DNA of 64,000 nucleotides from assembly GCA_016215325.1 (NCBI GenBank), contig JACRJV010000007.1:3728-67727 (forward strand), written 5' to 3'. The stretch is from Candidatus Uhrbacteria bacterium. Its GTDB lineage: Bacteria; Patescibacteriota; Patescibacteriia; JACRJV01. Both the position numbers and the translations under genes were made by a program. Each line of letters starts with the position of its first letter. The stretch's first letter is position 1. The notes under the pieces were generated by a model. The model was not told the origin of the DNA, ran no database searches, and was given only the letters and a program-made list of their open reading frames with translations. Shown here piece by piece: positions 57,859-64,000 of this stretch.

Positions 57859-60825
57859 CTACGAGCACCCGCTGGTGCTGCCGCATTCCATGCACTTGTA
57901 GCACGCGCCGTTTCTCACCATCATACTGCCGCATTCTGCGCAGAGCTCTGCGTCGCGCTGGTTCTGGAAGGTGAATATGAGCCCATTGCCGACCTTGACC
58001 GGCGCTTGCGTGGGTTGAGCGGTGGACGCCACCGGCGCAACCTCGGCCGAGGCGCTCACCATTGGCATAGGCGCGGCGGCAGACGGGTTCACTTCGCTGG
58101 GGGTTGGCAGCGTCTGCTGTTCATTTTTCTGCGCAATCATCGCATGCACATGCGCGGCCTCTTCGGGGCTTAAAAATTTTACCGCAAGCCACCGGAAGAT
58201 GTAATCCATGATCGATTTAACCATGGGGATTTGCTTATTGCCAGTAAACCCACTTGGCTCAAACCGCATGTACGTGAATTTGTCTACCAACACTTGGAGC
58301 GGTACGCCATATTGCAGGTTCAAACTCACGCTCGTTGCAAACGCATCCATGATTCCCGAAATCGTTGATCCTTCTTTGCTCATCGTAATGAAGAGTTCCC
58401 CCGGCCGGCCGTCTTCGTAGAGCCCGACCGTGATGTACCCTTCATGCCCACTGATCGTGAACTTGTGTGTGAGCGCTTGGCGTTCATCCGGGAGTTTCTT
58501 GCGCTGCGGTTGGAACACCACCCATTGCTCTGCTTGTTTTGCGCCCTCTTTTTTACTGCCATCTTCTTTGCCGGTATTTAAGGGCTGCGTCCGCTTGCTA
58601 CCATCGCGGTAGATCGCGAGTGCCTTAAGGCCCGCTTTCCAGCCTTGGATATAAGCATCCATGATCTCTTCAATGGTGGAATGCTCTGGCATGTTCACGG
58701 TCTTAGAAATTGCGCCGCTAATAAACGGCTGGGCAGCCGCCATCATGCGGATGTGCCCCAGGTGGTGAATGCTGCGGCTCCCATTCTTGGGCTTAAAGGC
58801 GCAATCAAAGACGGACAAATGTTCGGGCTTAAGCTCTGGCGCACCTTCAATCGTATCGTTATGATCGATGAATTCAATAATCGATCGGACTTGTTCTGGC
58901 GTGTAGCCAAGGTGCTTGAGCGCGTTGGGGACCGTACGGTTGACAATCTTCATGTATCCGCCGCCCACGAGTTTTTTGTATTTGACCAGCGCAATATCCG
59001 GCTCAATGCCGGTGGTATCGCAATCCATCATAAACGCGATCGTCCCAGTAGGCGCAATCACCGTGACTTGCCCGTTGCGCGAACCCCACCGCTCGGTAAA
59101 GTCAATCACATCATCCCACGCGCGCACGCTCTCGCGGCTCAAGTCTGATGGAATCAACGCATGATTGATCGCGTCTACTGCCTTGCGGTGCTGTCGCATG
59201 ACGCGCATGTATGGTTCTTTATTCGCGGCGTATCCTTCAAATGTTCCCACATGTTTGGCCATCAATGCGGATTGACGGTTGGCAATGCCGGTCATGATCG
59301 CGGTCAGTGCCCCGCACCACGCGCGGCCCTCATCAGAATCATACGCAACTCCGCGTTCCATGAGCAACGCCCCGAGATTGGCGTACCCTAACCCCAATGG
59401 CCGGAATTTGTAGGAATTTTCCGCGATCTTTGGCGTGGGGTAGCTGGCATTGTCAACAATAATCTCTTGAGCGGTAATGAGAATCTCAATCGCATGCTTA
59501 TAGAGCTCGGCGTCGAATGATCCGTCTCCGCGTTTGAACTTGAGCAAATTAATCGACGCAAGGTTGCAGGCGCTGTCATTCAGGTACATGTATTCCGAGC
59601 AAGGATTGGATGCATGGATTCGGTCGGTGTTAATGCTCGTGTGCCAATTGTTGATCGTGGTGTCATATTGCATGCCGGGATCCCCGCAAATATAGGTGGA
59701 CTCGGCGATTTTCCATAACACTTCGCGCGCTTGGAATGTTTCCATCGCTGCCCCGCCCTTCACGGCTTTGGTCGACCATGTGCCATTTTGCTCCACGGCA
59801 TTCATAAACTCGTCTGTGACGCGCACGCTATGATTGGCGTTCTGGAAGAACACAGAAGTATACGCCTCGCCGTCGATGGCTCCGTTATATCCCGAATCAA
59901 TCAGTGACCATGCCTTCTTTTCTTCTTTGGATTTTGACTGAATAAAGTCCATGATGTCCGGGTGCCCGACATCCAAGATCACCATCTTTGCCGCGCGCCG
60001 TGTTTTGCCTCCGGATTTGATAACGCCGGCAAACGCATCAAATCCTTTCATAAAACTCACCGGCCCCGATGCCGTCCCGCCGCCGCTTAACTTTTCTTTG
60101 CTCGATCGAATCGTTGAAAAATTTGTTCCGGTCCCAGATCCGAATTTAAACAACATCCCTTCCGTCTTGGCCAAACTCAAAATCGAATCCATGGTGTCAT
60201 CCACCGAGTTGATAAAGCAGGCAGAACACTGTGGGCGGGAATAGTCGTCTTCCGACATCTTTACCATCTGCTCTTGTTGGCTCCAATAATATCGCCCGGC
60301 GCCGGAGCCTGTATCATAACGATGCACGCCGCAGTTAAACCATACCGGCGAGTTGAAGCTCGCGTATTGGTTGATAAGGATCGAAGTTAATTCTGCATAA
60401 AACGTTTCCCCATCGTCATCGCTGGCAAAGTAGCGCGATCGCTTGCCCCAATCGGTAATCGTTCGACTCACGCGGTCAATAAGTTGTTTTGCCGATGTTT
60501 CCCGTTTGTTTTTCTCCAAATCCCCATAAAAATATTTACTGGCCACAATGTTAGTGGCATTCTGGCTCCAAAACGAGGGGACTTCCACATCATGCTGTTC
60601 AAAAATCGTTTTTCCGCTCATGTCGGTGATCGAAGCGGTACGCTTCTCCCAGGCAATAGAATCAAACGGGTGTTGGCCCAGACGAGTCAATACACGCTGG
60701 AATTGGAGCCCTGCAGGCAGCGATTCCGACACAAGCACTGCTTGCAAATCGTTAAACTCGGACGATGGTTTTGCGGCCATTGCCTCCTTTTGTTTGAGGC
60801 CAACGGAAGGGGAAGAAGGGGTCAT
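57859..60825 (-). CDS. nrdJ: class II (B12-dependent) ribonucleotide reductase with C-terminal TSCPD/zinc-ribbon region
   Basis: FNSPVWFN, QCSACFI, SNPCSEY, IAPTGTI, GAISKTVN, YRDGSK, CAECG...CMECG. Confidence 0.96.
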   Translation of the reverse strand: MTPSSPSVGLKQKEAMAAKPSSEFNDLQAVLVSESLPAGLQFQRVLTRLGQHPFDSIAWEKRTASITDMSGKTIFEQHDVEVPSFWSQNATNIVASKYFYGDLEKNKRETSAKQLIDRVSRTITDWGKRSRYFASDDDGETFYAELTSILINQYASFNSPVWFNCGVHRYDTGSGAGRYYWSQQEQMVKMSEDDYSRPQCSACFINSVDDTMDSILSLAKTEGMLFKFGSGTGTNFSTIRSSKEKLSGGGTASGPVSFMKGFDAFAGVIKSGGKTRRAAKMVILDVGHPDIMDFIQSKSKEEKKAWSLIDSGYNGAIDGEAYTSVFFQNANHSVRVTDEFMNAVEQNGTWSTKAVKGGAAMETFQAREVLWKIAESTYICGDPGMQYDTTINNWHTSINTDRIHASNPCSEYMYLNDSACNLASINLLKFKRGDGSFDAELYKHAIEILITAQEIIVDNASYPTPKIAENSYKFRPLGLGYANLGALLMERGVAYDSDEGRAWCGALTAIMTGIANRQSALMAKHVGTFEGYAANKEPYMRVMRQHRKAVDAINHALIPSDLSRESVRAWDDVIDFTERWGSRNGQVTVIAPTGTIAFMMDCDTTGIEPDIALVKYKKLVGGGYMKIVNRTVPNALKHLGYTPEQVRSIIEFIDHNDTIEGAPELKPEHLSVFDCAFKPKNGSRSIHHLGHIRMMAAAQPFISGAISKTVNMPEHSTIEEIMDAYIQGWKAGLKALAIYRDGSKRTQPLNTGKEDGSKKEGAKQAEQWVVFQPQRKKLPDERQALTHKFTISGHEGYITVGLYEDGRPGELFITMSKEGSTISGIMDAFATSVSLNLQYGVPLQVLVDKFTYMRFEPSGFTGNKQIPMVKSIMDYIFRWLAVKFLSPEEAAHVHAMIAQKNEQQTLPTPSEVNPSAAAPMPMVSASAEVAPVASTAQPTQAPVKVGNGLIFTFQNQRDAELCAECGSMMVRNGACYKCMECGSTSGCS

Positions 60826-60895
60826 AAAATAAGGTAAGTAGGGATTAGCTTGTGGCTTGTAGGCATCCTACCAGCTACAAGCTAATGCCTATTTC

Positions 60896-61402
60896 CTAAC
60901 GAGCAGCCACTTTCTGTTTTTTCCCTATATTAAGCTCTAATAATGCCTTTTGGAACGCTCCTAAGTCCTGGAATGACTGGTAGACAGAAGCAAATCTCAG
61001 ATACGCAACCGCATCAAAGCGTTTGAGCGCTTTCATGACAATTTCCCCGATAATTCTCGATTCTATTTCGCGCCGTGGGGGGGCGTCCTCTCGGGAAACG
61101 ACTTTCGCTTTCACCGCAATATCGCGCTCGATGCGATGAATGAGACCGTTTACTTTTGCTGGCGTAGTTGGAAGTTTTTCGAGCGACCGCAGGATCCCGC
61201 CTTCCAATTTTTCTCGAGAATATTCTTCTTCGTGCCCATCGCGCTTCTTCACAATAATGTCCAGGAGTTCCATTTCTTCGTAGGTGCTAAAACGGAACAT
61301 GCATCGCCGGCAATTTCGTCGCCGACGAATTGCCCGCCCGTCGTGGATTTCACGAGAGTCTAGCACGCGGGTATCAGCAGCAGCGCAGACAGGACACTTC
61401 AT
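60896..61402 (-). CDS. nrdR: transcriptional repressor NrdR
   Basis: MKCPVC...RVLDSR...IRRRRNC..C..RFSTYE, ATP cone, VAYLRFASVY. Confidence 0.97.
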   Translation of the reverse strand: MKCPVCAAADTRVLDSREIHDGRAIRRRRNCRRCMFRFSTYEEMELLDIIVKKRDGHEEEYSREKLEGGILRSLEKLPTTPAKVNGLIHRIERDIAVKAKVVSREDAPPRREIESRIIGEIVMKALKRFDAVAYLRFASVYQSFQDLGAFQKALLELNIGKKQKVAAR

Positions 61403-61525
61403 ACGGTATGAGTACGAATCGATCCGAATCACGCCCAAATAAATCCTAATGACATTCACGCGAGATTTGGTTCTATTCGATGTTCAGATTCGGATCAGTT
61501 TGTACTACTCTCACTTATGCACACT

Positions 61526-61574
61526 ACACTATATATAGTAGTGACAAATATTATTATACCACCACATAGAGAAT
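61526..61574. promoter_or_regulatory. NrdR boxes (strong at 61526-61541, weak at 61559-61574)
   Basis: acactatatatagtag matches the acaCwAtATaTwGtgt consensus, upstream of nrdR-nrdJ. Confidence 0.75.
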
Positions 61575-61823
61575 GAGAAAATACTTTGTCAAGAGGTGCT
61601 TGTGGTGATATTTATTTGGTAATTCCACGTTCGGACATTCTGATTGAGAATTGAGCAATGGAGATGAGTGGATAGGCGCCACACCAAGAGACTCTTCGGG
61701 TCAACATTTCAGAATGACGATCAATCGTCGGTGTGCGTTGTAATTTTTTTTTTCTTGACAGCGCATCCCATCGACGGTGTATGTTTACCATAGGTGAACT
61801 CATTTATTTTTTACTCCATTTCT

Positions 61824-62120
61824 ATGACAGAGGGGATGAATAATCTCGAAGCAGTGCCAACGGAAAAATTGAAGCAGGATCTCCAGCGAGTATTGGAAAA
61901 ATTGGAGAGCTTTGCAAAAAGTTCGGTTCTAACGCAAATTACCCATTTTGATGAAGGACATGCTCTTTTGGAAAAGAGGGTCGAGTTAGTGGACAAGATG
62001 ATTGAAGTAGAGAGCGACCCGGCTATTCGTGAGGGGTTGCTCACCCAAAAACGCATGCTTAATAATACGTTGAGTTGGAGCGTTATTGCTCAAAAAATTA
62101 AAGATGTGCTTTTCGAGTAA
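61824..62120 (+). CDS. hypothetical protein
   Basis: Helical ORF downstream of TTGACA; start uncertain. Confidence 0.55.
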   Translation: MTEGMNNLEAVPTEKLKQDLQRVLEKLESFAKSSVLTQITHFDEGHALLEKRVELVDKMIEVESDPAIREGLLTQKRMLNNTLSWSVIAQKIKDVLFE

Positions 62121-62354
62121 TAAAACACCGCTTTCCGAGCTTTGAATTACGGAACTCCATTTTTGCCATCCTCGGGTCACTCCGCCCGCGGGCGGTGGCC
62201 AATCAGAGCCTGCCCCGCACATGATACGGGGTCGGGAATGACAAATGGTGGGTTTCGTAAATCACCGATGCGTTTGCAATATTTATTGGGATTTCTTCAT
62301 TTCTTCTGTTCAAAAACCGCCCCGATGCACATCGGGGCGGTTTTACAATCTTTT

Positions 62355-62430
62355 TGGTGGACCCTACCGGGATCGAACCGGTTACCTCTTCCATGCCATG
62401 GAAGCGCTCTACCAAATGAGCTAAGGGCCC
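62355..62430 (-). tRNA. tRNA-Ala(GGC)
   Basis: GGGCCCTTAGCTCATTTGGTAGAGCG-CTTCC-ATGGCAT-GGAAG...GGTCCACCA; G3:U70. Confidence 0.96.
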
Positions 62431-62454
62431 CTTTTTCTAATAACTTCGATAAAT

Positions 62455-62470
62455 TGTTCCACGTGGAACA
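62455..62470. other. parS site
   Basis: Perfect palindrome TGTTCCACGTGGAACA. Confidence 0.85.
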
Positions 62471-62490
62471 ATTTGACGAGTTGTATGCTC

Positions 62491-62739
62491 TTATTTGATC
62501 AATTTTTGGACTGCTTGTTGCCATTTTTTGAACGCCTCTGTAGTCGCTGCACTCGCCGCCGTGATCCGCTGCTCGTATTCATTAAATGCAGCCCTGTGGG
62601 CTTCTGTAGTATCACATTGTTCAAACCGATCTTCAAACTCCTTCAAAATAGCTCGCTCCTTATCTGACACACCAAGGTAATCATCCCAGAGTTGCCTTAT
62701 TTCGTCTTCTGGTGTGGGCATCTTGGGTTCAAAATCCAT
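62491..62739 (-). CDS. hypothetical protein
   Basis: 82-aa helical ORF between parS sites. Confidence 0.55.
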   Translation of the reverse strand: MDFEPKMPTPEDEIRQLWDDYLGVSDKERAILKEFEDRFEQCDTTEAHRAAFNEYEQRITAASAATTEAFKKWQQAVQKLIK

Positions 62740-62760
62740 AGACTATGAATTTCTACAAAT

Positions 62761-62800
62761 TGTTCCACATGCCTGCCTGCCTGCCGGTAGGCAGGGAACA
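62761..62800. other. parS site interrupted by a 24-nt palindromic insertion
   Basis: TGTTCCACATG[CCTGCCTGCCTGCCGGTAGGCAGG]GAACA. Confidence 0.8.
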
Positions 62801-62942
62801 ATTTGCTGCGGGGTAGAAACAATTCCAAGATCATTTCGACTTCTTAAACATTTTTCTATGATTACTCACTATTCCCTACCCATCCCTCTAAGTGTTCTTG
62901 CCCAAAAGTCAACAAATCCGCTAACCGACAATGGGGGATATA

Positions 62943-62973
62943 GGTGGATAAGCTGTGGACTAACAATGGATAA
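62943..62973. promoter_or_regulatory. three DnaA-box-like sites at 11-nt spacing
   Basis: GGTGGATAA, TGTGGACTA, AATGGATAA versus consensus TGTGGATAA. Confidence 0.4.
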
Positions 62974-62991
62974 CCTTCCTACCTTCGCCAT

Positions 62992-63042
62992 TGGACCTAG
63001 GCAGAATCTCCGCCAGAGGCGGATCAGCCCTTGGCTGAGAAC
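62992..63042 (-). pseudogene. 3' fragment of tRNA-Ala with a 30-nt insertion in the T-loop
   Basis: GTTC[30 nt]GATTCTGCCTAGGTCCA; matches the 3' end of the adjacent tRNA. Confidence 0.7.
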
Positions 63043-63058
63043 CCTCTGATCAAGGCCT

Positions 63059-63129
63059 TGGACCTAGGCAGAATCGAACTGCCGCCTCCGCAATGCGAAT
63101 GCGGCGTACTACCACTGTACTATAGGCCC
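63059..63129 (-). tRNA. tRNA-Ala(CGC), CCA not encoded
   Basis: GGGCCTATAGTACAGTGGTAGTACGCCGCATTCGCATTGCGGAGGCGGCAGTTCGATTCTGCCTAGGTCCA; G3:U70. Confidence 0.93.
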
Positions 63130-63152
63130 AAGGCCTTGACCTGAATAATGCT

Positions 63153-63191
63153 CAATGCGAATGCGATGTTCTACCACTGGACCATAGGCCC
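63153..63191 (-). pseudogene. 5' half of a degenerate tRNA-Ala(CGC)
   Basis: GGGCCTATGGTCCAGTGGTAGAACATCGCATTCGCATTG. Confidence 0.7.
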
Positions 63192-63222
63192 GAAGGCCAA
63201 AGCTGGCAGGCGCGCTTTAAAT

Positions 63223-63238
63223 TGTTCCACGTGGAACA
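63223..63238. other. parS site
   Basis: TGTTCCACGTGGAACA. Confidence 0.85.
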
Positions 63239-63324
63239 ATTTTTCATCCGATTTTGTAATCAATACGCATTTATAACACTTTTTATCTAAATTTGTCAAT
63301 TTCATGTTATAATATATTATTTTC

Positions 63325-63396
63325 TGCCCTCACCAGGAGTTGAACCCAGATTTGTCCCTTAGGACGGGACCGTTCTATCCATTGAACTATGAGGGC
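63325..63396 (-). tRNA. tRNA-Arg(CCT), CCA not encoded
   Basis: GCCCTCATAGTTCAATGGATAGAACGGTCCCGTCCTAAGGGACAAATCTGGGTTCAACTCCTGGTGAGGGCA. Confidence 0.94.
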
Positions 63397-63548
63397 TCTG
63401 CTACTGACTCGGGGAAAATTCTCTACAAGCAGTGATGCCAGGATATCATGATTACGATTGAATGAAAAGGGTTTTTGACAGACCGGGGTGTCATGGGTAC
63501 AATGCTTGTGCTCTATCATTGGTTATTTTCATTCAAATCCTCTCTCCT

Positions 63549-63992
63549 ATGGCCATTTTCCAGAAGAACGGGACGCCAATACCAGTCGGTTCAACGGATA
63601 GTATCGAGACGATCATTGCCCCAGGAGTACGCGTGGAGGGGGAGGTGGGGTCTCGGGGTAATATTACCGTTGAGGGCGAAGTATACGGGAGCATCAAAAC
63701 AGATCAACACTTGCGGATCGGCTCCGGAGCAAAAATTTTTGCCAATGTAAAAGCGCAGTCCGCATTTGTGAGCGGAACGATCTCGGGCAACCTCAAGATT
63801 AAGGACCGCTTAGAACTCACGCAAAGCGCCACCATTGTCGGGGACGTTGAAACCAAAACAATTATTATTGCGGAAGGCGGCATGGTCCATGGAAAAGTAG
63901 AGATGTTGAGCGATGCAAAGGCGAAGGAGTTGCGCTCTCCATCAAAATCAGAAATGAAAAGCTCAAAAGAGGATGAGGAAGAAACGGCTTAA
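63549..63992 (+). CDS. bactofilin (polymer-forming cytoskeletal protein)
   Basis: TIIAPGVRVEGEV...I.VEG.V.G.I...V.G.I.GN...IVGDV...IAEGG.V.G. Confidence 0.92.
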   Translation: MAIFQKNGTPIPVGSTDSIETIIAPGVRVEGEVGSRGNITVEGEVYGSIKTDQHLRIGSGAKIFANVKAQSAFVSGTISGNLKIKDRLELTQSATIVGDVETKTIIIAEGGMVHGKVEMLSDAKAKELRSPSKSEMKSSKEDEEETA

Positions 63993-64000
63993 CAATTGGC

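Noticed and set aside
57859-60825. Intein or intron in nrdJ
   Set aside because: Length is accounted for by the catalytic core plus the C-terminal TSCPD/zinc region; no intein terminal motifs seen

Overview
Chromosomal window of a CPR/Patescibacteria-type bacterium. The assignment is inferred from 16S signatures (short helix 44, mismatches at the 27F/806R/1492R sites), an unlinked 16S gene carrying an intron, and a reduced housekeeping gene set. Most genes are on the minus strand. Main content: a ~3,200-aa repetitive fibre/adhesin with a C-terminal S74 chaperone; a 16S rRNA interrupted by a 734-nt group IIC-like intron holding a collapsed LAGLIDADG gene; four tRNAs; two toxin-antitoxin pairs; an ECF sigma/anti-sigma module; trmD, khpA, htpX, lemA, rpe, rpiB, nfo, tig, hppA, nusA, rnhB, a complete proB-proC-proA-proS cluster, trxA, nrdR-nrdJ, parS sites and a bactofilin. 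Signals not explained by gene calls: (1) hairpins built from 7-9-nt tandem repeats, found in spacers, in frame inside trmD and nfo, inside 16S helices, and enclosing a four-helix-bundle gene; (2) 20-30-nt palindromes inserted exactly into a parS site, a tRNA T-loop and the intron; (3) a compact operon of Cys/aromatic-rich microproteins, two of them preceded by an identical 17-nt hairpin; (4) a promoter-pseudoknot-sORF-terminator unit; (5) an intact tRNA-Ala nested between halves of a degenerate tRNA-Ala; (6) an in-frame TAG separating the fibre gene from its signal peptide. All calls were made by eye from motifs; no searches or folding programs were run.
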